The notes below the pieces were generated by a model. The model had not been told where the DNA came from. It saw nothing but the letters and a program-made list of their open reading frames with translations, and made no database searches. From NCBI RefSeq assembly GCF_009914755.1, contig NC_060934.1: a DNA stretch of 64,000 nt. One strand, given 5' to 3'. This stretch comes from the human T2T-CHM13v2.0 reference genome, Homo sapiens. The translations under genes were made by a program, and so were the position numbers. Of the stretch, positions 1 to 27,336 are shown piece by piece (the stretch's first letter is position 1; every line of letters begins with the position of its first letter).

Positions 1-315
1 GTGCCTATATTGGAAGAAAGGTCAAAACCCAGAATTTAAAATAAAAACAAATAATAAAATTCATTTTGGCCTTTTACCTAAACGACAGCAACTCTAGTAA
101 TTAAAAAAAAAAAAAAAAGCACTTTAACAACTCCAGAGGGCTAATTCAATCATGACACTGCAAAGAGAGTATATTTTTCCCTGCATTACACATCCTAGGA
201 GCAACCATATTTTCCCAAAGATATCCTTTTGAATCAACAACCGCTTTACAAAATTTTAAATCAGCAGGATGAGGAGCTTCTCAAGTCTCATTCCTCCACC
301 AACTTTACTAAGGTA

Positions 316-1885
316 TCATTTACTTAAAATAACATTCACCCCCCTTAAATGAAAATTTTGGTGAGTCTGATAACAGTATACACTCATGCAACAACTACTA
401 CAATCAAGATGTAGAATATTTTCTTCAATCCAAAAAATTCCTTCATGTTCTTTTGCAATACCCTCCCCAGCCCTTGGCCCTGAGCTACCACTAGTACTTT
501 CTGTCACTGTAGTTTTCATATAAATGGAATCAAGTATTACTTTGTCATGTGTCTGGCTTACTTAGCAATACTTCTGAGATTCATCCATGTTGCTGCATAT
601 ATGATTAGTTCTTTTATTCCTGAGTATTTCATTGTATGGATATACCACAATTTGTTTATCCATTCAGTTAATGGACACTTGGTTTGTTTCCAGCTTTCGA
701 CTATTATAAATAATGCTGCTACAAACAGTCACATACAAATTTATGTGGGCATTTTTTAATCTCTTGGGTAAATATCTAAAAATGGAATTACTAGGTCATA
801 TGTTAAGCATATGTTTAACTTAAAAAGACATTGCCAAAACTCTTTTCTCTTTTGCACTCTTATCAGCAATGCATGAGAGTTACCATTGCTCCACAGTCAG
901 TGTTTTTAATTGTAGCCATTTTAGTGTGTGTGCAGTGGTATCTCACTATAGTTTTAATTTGTATTTCCCTAATGACCAATAACATCTTTTCAAATCCAAT
1001 TTTGTGAAGCATCAATTCAAATATTTTGCCCGTTTTTAAACTGGGCTGTCTTATTATTGAATTACAAGAGTTCTTCGTATATTTTGGATCCAAGTCTTTT
1101 ATCAGATATAAACATATTCAGAATATTTTCTCCCAGTCTGCAGCTTGCCTTTAAATATTCTTCATGATGTCTTTCAAGAAACAGGAATTTGATTTTTTAA
1201 ATTTTGATGAAGCCCAACTTATCAGTTTTGTCTAACAATTTTTATTCAGTTTACCTAAGAAATGTGTACCTCATTCAGGGTCACAAAGATTATATTCAGG
1301 TCTATGATCCATTTATTTTAATGTACAGTTTGAGATAAAGGTCAAGGGTCAAGGTTCATTTTTTTTTTCCTATATGAATATTCAGTTGTTCCAGTACATT
1401 TGTTAAAAACACTAGCCTCTCCTGGCCAGGCACAGTGGCTCACGCCTGTAATCCCCAGCACTTTGGGAGGCCAAGGTGGGTGGATCATCTGAGGTCGGGA
1501 GTTCGAGACCAGCCTGACCAACATGGAGAAATCCTGTCTCTACTAAAAATATAAAATTAGCCGGGCATGGTGGTGCATGCCTGTAATCCCAGCTACTAAG
1601 GAAGGCTGAGGCAGGAGAATCGCTTCAACCTGGAGGTGGAGGTTGCGGTGAGCCAAGATTACGCCACTGCACTCCAGCCTGGGCAACAAGAGTGAAACCT
1701 GTTCTTAAAAAAAAAAAAAAACACTAGCCTCTCGCCATTGAATTAGCTTAACTTCATTGCTGAAAATCAATTGATTATATATATGTGGGTCTATGAACTC
1801 CCCATTTGGTTCCATAATCTATATGCCTATCTTAACACTAATATCACACTGTCTTAATTACCATAGACTTACATAAAGCTCAAGT
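316..1885 (-). mobile_element. Old L1M 3' portion interrupted by an AluS (1424-~1716, TSD AAAAACACTAGCCTCTC)
   Basis: Typical antisense L1M 3'UTR/ORF2-end motifs. The Alu is flanked by a clear TSD. Confidence 0.8.
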
Positions 1886-2461
1886 ATAACTTTGGGTGAT
1901 TTAACTCTATTAATCTTTTCCTATTACTATTAGGGAAATATTTCATAGCTATCAAATGATAACACGGTACTAAATGTCAATATTGCACTTATGAAAACGG
2001 TGAATGTAAGAATTTTTTTCATCCCCAAGCACAAAATGTATCCATTTATTTCTAAAGATAGCATAGAGAATAAAACTTAATTGATGTCATTTATATACTC
2101 CATGTACTTCAAATGCACTTATTATCCATTCGGACAGTACAGACATTGCTCCAGAGGCTCCTAGAGATAAACCTAAAAAAAAAATCTGCCGTTACAGTGT
2201 CCTAGAGGGGTAATATAGGTCCCTCCAACTTTCTCTAACTAACCAAGTCTAACATATACTTTACCATAGGGTAAAAATTAGCACTAACTACTTCCAAGAA
2301 CTTTAACCGCGTCTAGAAATACAATTCATCTTAAATCTACAAACTATAATAGCTTTATAAACAACCCTGTGTACAAGATTGACAAACATACTAGCACCTG
2401 TGATAGTCCTTATCATAAAAATGGTTTAACACCTACCTATCTATAGCCAGTGGTAGAAGGA

Positions 2462-2529
2462 AAGAAAATATACCAACCTAAAAAGGCAGTCCTTTAAGAA
2501 AATATACCAATCTAAAACAGCAGTCCTTT
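2462..2529. repeat. 34-bp tandem duplication (2 copies)
   Basis: AAGAAAATATACCAA(C/T)CTAAAA(AG/CA)GCAGTCCTTT x2. Confidence 0.85.
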
Positions 2530-3532
2530 CATAATTTTCACATTTAAAAGAAACCTCAAATTTCTAGTGATGTCATAAAAGGTCTAAAAATAATACAGAA
2601 TTACTTATACCCCTGGTTGTTCTCGTTATTCAATAATGAAATCTAAAAATAGCAGTAAAGTGGGCCAATTTTATTTTGTTCATAATCAATACATGATTAG
2701 ATTAAAATAAGTTGTAAATGTGAGGCTCTGGAACCACTTCAAATTTTCTTACAGAACAAAAGAACTAGAAAGATAATTAATAGATTCCAGAAAAATAAAA
2801 ACTAAACTTTTACTGTATTTTTAAAGAATTTTTTTGAGAGATTTATGTCCTATTTTATTAAAAGAAACATCTCTCTAAAATTAACCAGGTCTAGTTATGC
2901 CTGAAGGCTAGAAATGAAATAACCAACAGTATGCAGTTATTAACTTATCACTTATTATAGTGGTCACAAAAAGAGAATCAGTAATAATTCAGACTCTGAA
3001 GCATAAGAGAAAATAATACAAAAATAATATGGAACTATCTTATATTGCAAAGCAAATTAGAATAGGGAATTCTACTCTAAATTATTTTTTGCCTACATGC
3101 CCCAGAAACAAAATCATAGGCTGTTTTTCACTAAATATTTCACACCATTTTCTAAAGGTACAACTTATTTTAAAACGCCATTGAATTTTTAAGCTTCCCT
3201 CAATTCTTCGGTAAACCACCGTTTGCTTCCAATCTTGATAAATACATTCTGCAGAAAAACAAAATGAATTTACCACAGAGTAAACAAAGTACTTATATCT
3301 TACAAAATTCCTATTAAGATTGCCCTTACTCAGTGCTGTCTTTCAAAACAACAATAGCAACTTTATAGTAGATTACACATGAAACACTATAAGATTTGGG
3401 CTGAATTTCTTTCAATCTCTGCCTCTACCTCCACTCTCGGACTGGTAGCACTGCTTATTAATCTTTTAATTCATGCAGATGATACCTCTTCACTGAGAAA
3501 AATGAAAGAGAAAGAATAATAAAATCACTTAC

Positions 3533-3546
3533 CCTTCCTTAGACAT
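3533..3546 (-). CDS. NT5C2: Alternative first coding exon encoding MSKE(G)
   Basis: Reverse strand: AGA ATG TCT AAG GAA GG|GTAAGT. Perfect donor, same phase (2) as the canonical ATG exon, in a ~2.8-kb repeat-free block. Matches the recalled cN-II isoform in which residues 1-34 are replaced by MSKEG. Confidence 0.8.
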
Positions 3547-4200
3547 TCTCAAAGATCTACTTCCTCTGGATGAGAATACAGGATCAACAAACAAGCTTCA
3601 CTGATCTCTTGAGAACTGTAGCTCATTTGTTAAAGCACAGAGAACTCAGGCCCTGAGAGGCCCAACAAATTTGGGCACAATGCCGAACCCTAACTAGGCA
3701 ATATCTCAGTGACCAATATCCTCAGCTTTAAATACTTGAAAACTTAAGAATAATTTTTTTAAAAATTTCAAGACTAGGAAAAATAACTAATGGCCTGAAC
3801 TGTTTAAGGCTGGCCAGTTAAGGAAGGAGACAATCCAAATGGCAAGTTCCTGTAAGAGACAGGAATCGTTACTGGCAAACACAGAAAAAGCAAATTTACC
3901 CCCTAATGAGGCCCTCCAACAGTACGCAAACAATGTGAGTTTCACAGAATCAAGCAGCCCTGGTCGGTCAAAATCATTTTTAGTTTACTCTGGGAGCAAA
4001 AAACACAGGATAAATAATTTTATGTTTTAATTATTAGTGTAGTTATTTCCTCCCTCAGAAAATAAACAATGTGAATTACAAGAGAAGGAAGTATGTGCAG
4101 ATCATATTACAGGAGGAACCTAAAGTATTTCCACAGCGAGGTATTTTTTTTTCTGACTTCATTAACTGCTTTTAAACAAAACATCTGCGTTCACAAATAT
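3547..4200 (-). promoter_or_regulatory. Putative internal promoter / 5'UTR of the MSKEG isoform
   Basis: Unique, repeat-free sequence directly upstream of the MSKEG exon. The TSS cannot be determined from sequence. Confidence 0.45.
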
Positions 4201-6836
4201 TTCACTTAATCGCCTGAAAATTTCAGCTCATGTGAAAAGATATTTACAGATCTTTGGCATATGGGGGATAAATCCAGAACATTCTAAAGGTTAATTCCAA
4301 ATCTCAGAGCAAACTGAGCTTTGAAAAAAAAGAATCTGTAACATTCCTGCCTCCCGACCAATATAATGCATAGGGATTATGCAACAGGGGAAGAAATAAA
4401 TAAGTCTGCTAAAGTCTAAGAACATTGAGATGGCAAATCCTCCTCACGGTGATTCAAATTAAAAATAAAATACATATACCTTAAAGAACTACTACTTGAA
4501 TTAAGGCTTAAAATTTTTAAAAGCTTTATCCCTTTAAATATTACCTAAATATCTTACCATAAAGGTTTCTTTTTGTTATTAAAATGTTTAAATAGTTACT
4601 AAGTAATTAAAAGCACTACTAAATACTATAAATTCAAAATAAAATTAAGGGATAAAAGACTTTAAGGTAGAAAAAATAAAAAAGAAAAAACAAAAGAAAA
4701 TTATTTTCAGTTTATTTAGAAAAGCAGTATGGTGTAATGGAAAGAGAATGGGCACTAGAAGAACTAAGGCTTAAATTCCAGCTCCTCCACTTTCTGGCTT
4801 TGGAACTTTGAATAAGTTACTTAACCTAAGCCTGAGCGTTTTAATCTATAAAAGGGAAGATAACATCTGGTAGGGATGTTGTCTGTCACATGTAAGCGCT
4901 CCAAGAACTATTACTGAGGGTAGGGGAACAGGAAAAGCAACTGGATTATCAGGCATTGCCTCATTAATATATCTCATGGGAAATACTTTTTTAAAAAATC
5001 TAAATCTCAAGTTTTACACAAATATGAAGGATTTCCATTGACTATCCTCAAAGCAAATTCCATAACTACAAGAATACAAATTGAATATGGAAAAATGATC
5101 TAATCCTTAAGGGTGCCAACTTCCCATGGATTCCCTAGATTTTCAGCTTGTGGTATCACAGCTCAGTGCAGTGGAAATAAATGTAATTACTATTTTAAGA
5201 CTTTACTATTGGCAAAGAGAAAGGAAAACAAAAATTATCACTTGAACTGAGGGTACACACTTACAGAAGCTTCCTGTGCAAAAGGTAAGGCATTGTCTAA
5301 AGATGATTAGCTCTTTCAAACTCCATGCATACATTAAACAAATATTTACTGAATGTCTGTGTGCCAGATACCAGTGATACAAAGATAAACTTGGAAGTCC
5401 TTGATTTTAAGAAGCTAGTGAGAAGGTCCATTCAAAAGTAGCTATGAAGTAGTGTGTTAATAGTAGTATTAGAGATACGCACAACAGAGAGGGACATATA
5501 GATCCTCTTGGCTGAGTCTTAGAGATAGGATGAGATACTGTTTTTTAAAAACTGACACTGTGCTAAGCTCTTTATTTATTACCTCATCTAATCTTTGCAA
5601 TAACTCTATGAGGTAAAGTTATTCCAGTTTAAAAGATTACAAAATTAAAATTTACAAAACTTAAATGCTGGGATTCTAAAGAAATGGAACAATCCAAAAT
5701 GCCAACCCTAGCCCCAAGCTCTTAATCACCAGGCTAAAAGTATTAGCAGCAGGCTAAGAGGAAAAGAAGAGGTCTCCAACAGAAGAGGAACCATGAACAA
5801 AAAGCAAAATGACATAAACATCATGATGTGTGAATAAAAACAAAGCTATGAGCCCGGGAGGTCAAGGCTGCAGTGAGCCATGATCACACCACTGCACTCC
5901 AGCCTAGGTGACAGAGCAAGACCCAGTCTCAGAGAAAAAGCAAAGCTAGATACAGTTGACAGAACACAGAATCTGAGGAAGAGAACTGCTCAACACAAAA
6001 GTGGACAGAAAAAGATCAGTCTTAGAGAGTCTTGGCGGGGTTAGAATTTATCCTGTTGCATGCTCGATGTGATATCACTAAAGGATCTAAGCAGGATTAT
6101 AACATTATTTAAAAAATGAATTTGGCCAGGTGCCATGGCTCACACCTGTAATCCCAGCGACTCAGGAAGCTGAACTGGGAGGACTGCTTGAGGCCAAGAG
6201 TTTTAGACCAGCATGGGCAACATACAAGATCCTGTCTCTACAAAAAAAAATTTAAAAATTAGCCAGGTATGGTGGCATGCACCTGTAGTCCCAGGTACTT
6301 GGGAGGCTGAGGTGTGAGAATTACTTGAGGTCAAGGTGACCACAGTGAGTTATGATCATGCCATTACACTCCAGCCTGAGCAACAGAGTGAGACTCCATC
6401 TCTTGAAAAAAAAATTTTTTTGAGGAGGACAAGGCTGAAGGTGGGGAGACCTACGGGGGGATACTGCTGTAATCTAGGACAGCGATAACAAGGGCCTGGA
6501 CCATGGCAATACTATCAGGAATGAAAAGGCCAGAGTCTAGAAATAATTAGATTCATTTTAAAGTATGCATGTGTGCTTAAATAAGACACTAAAATTTGAG
6601 CATGGTGACTATATTATTCCTCACTTCTTGGATCTATGGTGGTAATATTTAGAAATTGCTTCCTAATAATGGATGTAGTAACAATTAAAGTCCTCTTTTA
6701 AAAAGCTTTCAAGGGGCCACGTGCCGTGGCTCATGCCTGTAATCCCAGCACTTTGGGAGGCCGAGGCGGGCGGATCACCTGAGGTCAGGAGTTCTAAGAC
6801 CAGCCCAGCCAACGTGGCGAAACCCCATCTCTACTA

Positions 6837-6995
<159 letters not shown>

Positions 6996-7804
6996 TCAAA
7001 AAAAAAAAACTTTCAAGGGCCAGGTACAGTGGCTCACGCCTGTAATCCCAGCACTTTGGGAGGCCGAGGCAGGCAGATCACGAGGTCAGGAGATGGAGAC
7101 CATCCTGGCTAGCACAGTGAAATCCCATCTCTACTAAAAATACAAAAACTTAACCACGCGTGGTGGCACGTGCCTGTAATCCCAGCTACTCGGGAGGCTG
7201 AGGCAGGAGAATGCCGTGAACCCATATGTCTCCCAAAGTTGGTAGGTAACATTTCTGATATGCCTTTTGCATAATTTTGACTTTTAAATGTATATTACTC
7301 TTATATATATTATATATAATAATGCTATAACATAGGATGTATTATGAAATGTTGTATTATGTTAAATTATTTAAAAATTAGATCAATAGAATGAAAAAGA
7401 AAAAAACACTTAACTGAAAGCAAACAAATGAACCTAATTATACTGTATACAAATACCCTAACCATGCTGTAGAGAAAAAAAGCAAGAACGAACTAATCCA
7501 AGGAACTAAAAAACACAAAGTCTAAGCCTTTAGACTTTGGCAGGGTAAGGTAAGAAAGTGGAAGAATGGCAAATAAATCCTGAACTTTTTAGGTTTGTTT
7601 GTTATGGTATGAGTTAATCAACTGAAGCAATTTTAGATTAAGCAAACTAAATATGTTGATGATGTCAGGAGCCAGGGCTTTCACTGTGGAACAAGAGATA
7701 TACAAACATGGAATGGGAGTGAACAAGAAGGAACTTTCCTAGGATGGACTAGCATTAGATGTAATGGTGTGAACTCATGATTTCTACAATACATATAAAA
7801 ATGC

Positions 7805-12492
<4,688 letters not shown>

Positions 12493-12599
12493 TGATCCAC
12501 CCACCTCGGCCTCCCAAAGTCCTAGGATTATAGGCATGAGCCACCACGCCCCACTGAAGCTGCTATTTTTTAAGAGAATACACACACACACCTTCCATA

Positions 12600-13940
12600 A
12601 ATCAATATGGAAAAAAAAGACAACACAATTGGCAAACAACTTGAAAAGGCAAGTCACAGAAGAGGATCTTCTGCAAATGGCTACTTACAATATGAAGGTG
12701 TTCAACCTATTTATTCATCAGAAAAATACAACTTAAAACCAAAAGGAGATGCCACTATGTATACACTAGAATAACTTTTAAATTAAACACACAATTCAAA
12801 AGATTAATATTAAAGTGTTGGTGATACTGCTCTCATACATTGTAAGTGGAACTATAAACTGCTAGGGAAAACTATTTTGCGGTATCTACAAAAACTAAAC
12901 GTATGCTTAACCTATGGCCCAGCAATTCCATTCCTGGGTAGAAACCAATAGAATTGAATGTATATATCCACAAAAAGATTTGTTCAAGAACATTTATAAC
13001 AGCATTATTCTTATTTTTTTCAACTAAAAATTACTATTATTTTATTATTACTAAAATACAGTAATAGTTTATTTAAAATACACTGTTTATGTATACATTT
13101 CTATGAATCCTAACTCACATAATAGTTACAATCTGAAATTTAAAAGTTCCATCACCCCAAAAAACTCTCCCCTACTATCCTTCTGTAGTCACACTTTCCT
13201 TCTCTACTAACTCTTAGAACCCACTAATGTGTTCTCCCCATCACTACAGTTTTGTCTTTGAGACTATCATATAAATAAAATCATGCCAGATGTCATTTAA
13301 GACTGTCTTATTTGACTCAGCATTATGCCTTTGAGAGTGATCAGTTGCTCTATGTATCACTAGTTCATTATTTTACCTGAGTTATAATCTATTCTATAAA
13401 TATACCACATACTGTTTATGTATGTACCTGCTGAAGAACATTTGGGCTGCCTTCAGTTTTGAGCAATTATAAACAGAGATACTATAAACATTATCCATTG
13501 TGTGAACCTAAGTTTTCATTTCTCTAGGGTAAATATCTAGGAGTGGGATTTCTGGGTCATTAATGTTAAGGTCTCTAACTTGATAAGAAACTGCCAAACT
13601 GTTTTTCCAGAGGAGCTGCACCCTCTCTGTTCACGAGCAATGTATGAGAAGTTCCAGTGGCTCCACATCCTTGGCAACACTTGATATTGTCAATATTTTT
13701 TATTTTAGCTATTGTAACAGGCATATATACAGTTGCTTTAATTTTTATCTTCCTAATGGGTAAAGAAGTTAAATATGTGTTTTTATGTCATCTGTATATA
13801 TCTTCTTAGTGATGTTCAGTCTTTTAACCATTTCATAATTTGGTTATTTTCATATTGTTAAATTTTAAAAGTTCTTTATATACTCCAGATATAAGTCCTT
13901 TATCGAATTTTTTTCAGTCTATAACAGCTTTATATGCAAT
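12600..13940. mobile_element. Old L1M fragments in both orientations
   Basis: L1 3'-end motifs (CCCAGCAATTCCATTCCTGGGTA and reverse copies). Confidence 0.65.
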
Positions 13941-13945
13941 AACTA

Positions 13946-18175
<4,230 letters not shown>

Positions 18176-19577
18176 CATCATAAACATTTCTAGATCGAAG
18201 CCATAAGTACTAGCAAAATTACATATACACAAATTCCTTTTCACTCCTTAAACATGTACAAGAAATTTACTTTGATTTTAGAAGAAACGATTATTCAACA
18301 GATTTATATAAAGACTGATATGGCTCTGGAAGCCTAAACTGCAACTAAAAAAAAAAAAACTTCAGATATATAATTTAAGATAAATATACAAAAGTCTTTA
18401 AAGAATTTTAAAGAGAAAAATCACTGCAATATTTTCTAAAATAAGGCAAAAGACTGGTTAACAAAAAATTCACAAGCCTAATAACGTGCCACATTTCAGT
18501 TCAATATGATAAAACCACTGCTAAATTAATAAGCTGTGTTCACAAAGAAAAAGCCAATTCATTGTCCTACAGAAATTCTGTTCTACTGGAAGCATCAGAG
18601 CTTTACAAACGTAAAAACTAAATACCTGACTTCGGTATCCTGGGCACAGTCAATGTAGAGAGCAGATGAAAAACCTAATTGTTCCATTCTTGGATTGGTA
18701 AATACAAATTCTGATCTATAGTGATCACTAAAAGATTCTAGTATTAAACAAAAACTATTTAAGAGGTAATTTTTGAAGCTGCCTCTTTCAGGTCACTATG
18801 ACATCTGAGCAGCTCAGCTTGTCTTCTAACCATATAGCAAAACACATTCCACTGAAAGGTTTGGCCTGATGACTTATCCTCAGCCCAGAAAACTAAACAA
18901 CCATAAGGAAATGAAGAAGGAGCAACAGTCATACATTTTAAAGGCTAGTTTCTTAATAATGACATATGACTGGCATCTCTATATTGAAATTCAGAAAACT
19001 GATATTAAGCAAGAAAAAAGCTGGAAGTTAGATATTTATTTACTTAACTAAGAATATTTAGCTTCTTCTAAAGGGAAATTGTAAAGCATCACATACGATG
19101 TATACTTTGTGATAATGATCAGCATAGCCTAACTTAACCAATGATAAATTACCAATCCAAATAAATGTCTTTAATGAAAAGACCTGGAAACAGAATATTC
19201 TACAAATTGACTTAACTAGAAAACTAAAATAAATTTCTTCTAAATGGTTTCTATTTAAAATTTTTAATTAACAAAAGCAAATACTGTTAGGAGATACAAG
19301 TCTGATGACTACATCATGATGAGTACAGATAATAATCTACTGTATACCTCAAAATTGCAAAGGGATTAGATTTTAAATGTTCTCATCACAAAAAAAAATG
19401 ATAAATGTAAGAGGTTATGCATGTTAATTGGCTTGATTTAGCCATTCCATATCAACTTGTACACCATAAATACATACAATTTTTGTCAATGTTTAAAAAG
19501 ACATATACATATACACACACACATATATATATAATGTTTTTATTGTTCTAAAAGCACACATATACTTTATTTTAAAC

Positions 19578-24850
<5,273 letters not shown>

Positions 24851-25100
24851 TTTTATTAACTTAGGTGCAATTTTCTAGCAACCAAAGACATTTTTCTCTT
24901 AAATACTTTTACTAGTAGATACACAAAGCAGTATGGTGTACTAGTAGTTAAAAGTCTCGACTTAGAACTAGATTTGTACCATGTACTAGACATACGATCT
25001 GGGTTATTTACTTAACCTCTCTGTACATTAATTTCATCATCTGTAAAATGAAGTCCCACTTCATAGAGGGGTTTTGAGGATTAAATAGACAAAATACTTA

Positions 25101-25208
<108 letters not shown>

Positions 25209-25616
25209 TTAACTGTATTTTGTATTCTAGAAAAGAAAATCATTAATTTAGTAACTTAATATTGGCATCTGTATACTGACATCTGATTTTTTTAAAAATC
25301 AGAAAAACTCCAGCTTGCAAACTGCCTAATATAATTACCTATTAAAACACACTGAATACAGTAAATATGCTGAAAATTATACTGACACTTCTCAATAATC
25401 TAAAGTTGGAAAAATAATTTCATATGGTAATTTCAATCCGGAAAGATAACATATACTTCCAAATAATTAAGCATGGCTGCCAGTAATTACTCTAATCCTA
25501 GATTCTAGAAAAGGCACTAAAACCACAGCACAGCAGTTTGTGAAGATATATAATTTTAAGTTGATGTATGTTTTTAAAATGTGTGTAGTAGGCAAATTTT
25601 AAATTCTAATCAACAG

Positions 25617-27336
25617 ATTCTGGTGTGGAGTAGAACAGTAGCAGGCACAGCTAGCGGGTTGGAATGGGGGTACAGCTCGTTTCCCCATTCCCGTAAGACG
25701 CCAGCCCCACCCCTCTGCCTGCCCAGCCAACCCCGCTGTACTACCCCAAGGTGTGAGTCTGGGTTGGATACTGGCTACCCCCCAGCAGACCCCCATCATA
25801 GGCAGCCAGAGCTCCAAGGCTCCTCGGAAGACGTGACCACCAAGGTTGCGGCAGGTGCTTCCCCTGCAAAGGCCAACGGACAAGACGATGGCCACGTGAA
25901 AAGCAATGAAGACTTATCTCCCAAGGGTGAAGGAGTGTTGCCTCTGTGAACAGAACACATGAGGCAGCCGGGGCCACTGGCGATGCCATTGAGCCAGCAT
26001 CCCCTATCCAGGGTGCTGAGGCCAAGGGGGCAGTCTCCCCTAATAAGTTCTCTCTCAAGAAGTCTTTCAAATTCAGCAGGCTGCTCTTCCACAAAAATTG
26101 GAAGGAGGACGGGGGCAGTTCTTCTGCCTCTCAGCCAGAGGAAATGCAGGAGCAAGGTGCCTGTAGCAACAAGGGCACTGCCCAGGAAAGGAAGGCTGCT
26201 GCTACCCCTGAGAGCCAGGAGCCCCAAGCCAAGGGGGCAGAGGGTAATGCTGCCTCAGAAGAAGCCCCAGGCTACAGAGACATCCACTCCCTTGGGGCAG
26301 AGAGTGGCCCTATACCAGGCAGTGCTGAGCAGAATGAGGAGCTAGGTGGGGGCAGCAAAAACCGTGCTGTCCTTGTGAGGTCATTGCCTGGACCTGGTGC
26401 CCTGACTGCCTTCCTGTGCCCAGAAAGGAAGGGGCTATTGCCTCCTGCCAGCCACATTCCCTTTTCCCCTCTCCCTCCTGTGGATTCTCCCATCAGCGAT
26501 CTGGTTTTCCTCTTAAGGCCAGCTGAAGATAGGCCCTGATAGCTCCCCAGGTTAGGTCACTGATGTAAAATGCTCCTCGCCTTGGCCCTACCTCCCTCCC
26601 TGTCCCCACCCCTGCAGAAGGCAACTGTTGGTTTTCTTCCTCGATTCTTTTCCAAGTAGGTTTTGTTTACCCTACTCCCCAAATCCCTGAGCCAGAAGTG
26701 TGGTGCTTATACTCCCAAACATTGCATACCCAGCCTCCCGCCGTTGAGTTTTAGTCTCTTGTGCTGTGTCTGCTGGCACTTGGGCTGAAAAGGCCACTGC
26801 CTCATCTAGGTTTTTGGTTTGTTTTTGAAACAGGGTCGCAGTGGCGTGATCTCTGCTCACTGCATCCCAGGCTCAAGCCATCTTCCCAACTCAGCTTCCC
26901 TAGTAGCTGGGACCACAGGCAGAGACCGGGGCGAGGGGGTCTCTACAAAAAGTGTTGGCCAGGCTGGTCTCGAACTCCTGGGTTCAAGCAATCTGCTCAC
27001 CTCAATCTCCCAAAGTGCTGGGATTACAGTTGGGAGCCACCCGCCGGCCTCCATCTAGGTTTTCATAAATATCTTACTCATGTGGAAACCTCCAGCTTGT
27101 ACATCAAATGTGTCTCTTTTTTTGACTTGGTAAGAAAGCATTAGGCTTTGGGGTTGGGGTAGGTCTGTAATGTGAAACAACTTGTCTTTTCTTCTCCCAT
27201 TGTTATAAAACTTTTAATGGCCAAACCTCAGATTTGTACTTTTTTTTTTTAAGCTGCTAAAACCATTCTCTTCCACCTGGTTTTACTGTAACATTTGAAA
27301 AGGAAAAAATGTCATCCCTTTAAAAGATAAATAAAT
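25617..27336 (+). pseudogene. MARCKSL1P1: MARCKSL1 processed pseudogene, antisense to NT5C2
   Basis: Intronless copy with 5'UTR. ATG>ATA at 25798 is followed by GSQSSKAPR, a frameshift, then DVT..AAGASPAKANGQ..GHVKSN, KFSLKKSFKFS, KAAATPESQEPQAKGAE and SAEQNE. The 3'UTR runs to an A-rich tail at ~27322. An Alu is inserted in the 3'UTR with TSD CATCTAGGTTTT. Symbol from recollection. Confidence 0.93.

Noticed and set aside
18626-18730. Possible cassette exon (cttttAG|...GTCAG|GTATTT on the reverse strand)
   Set aside because: Weak splice signals and no coding similarity; such site pairs are expected by chance in a long intron.
25599-26493. Minus-strand ORFs over the MARCKSL1 pseudogene
   Set aside because: Antisense shadows of GC-rich former coding sequence.
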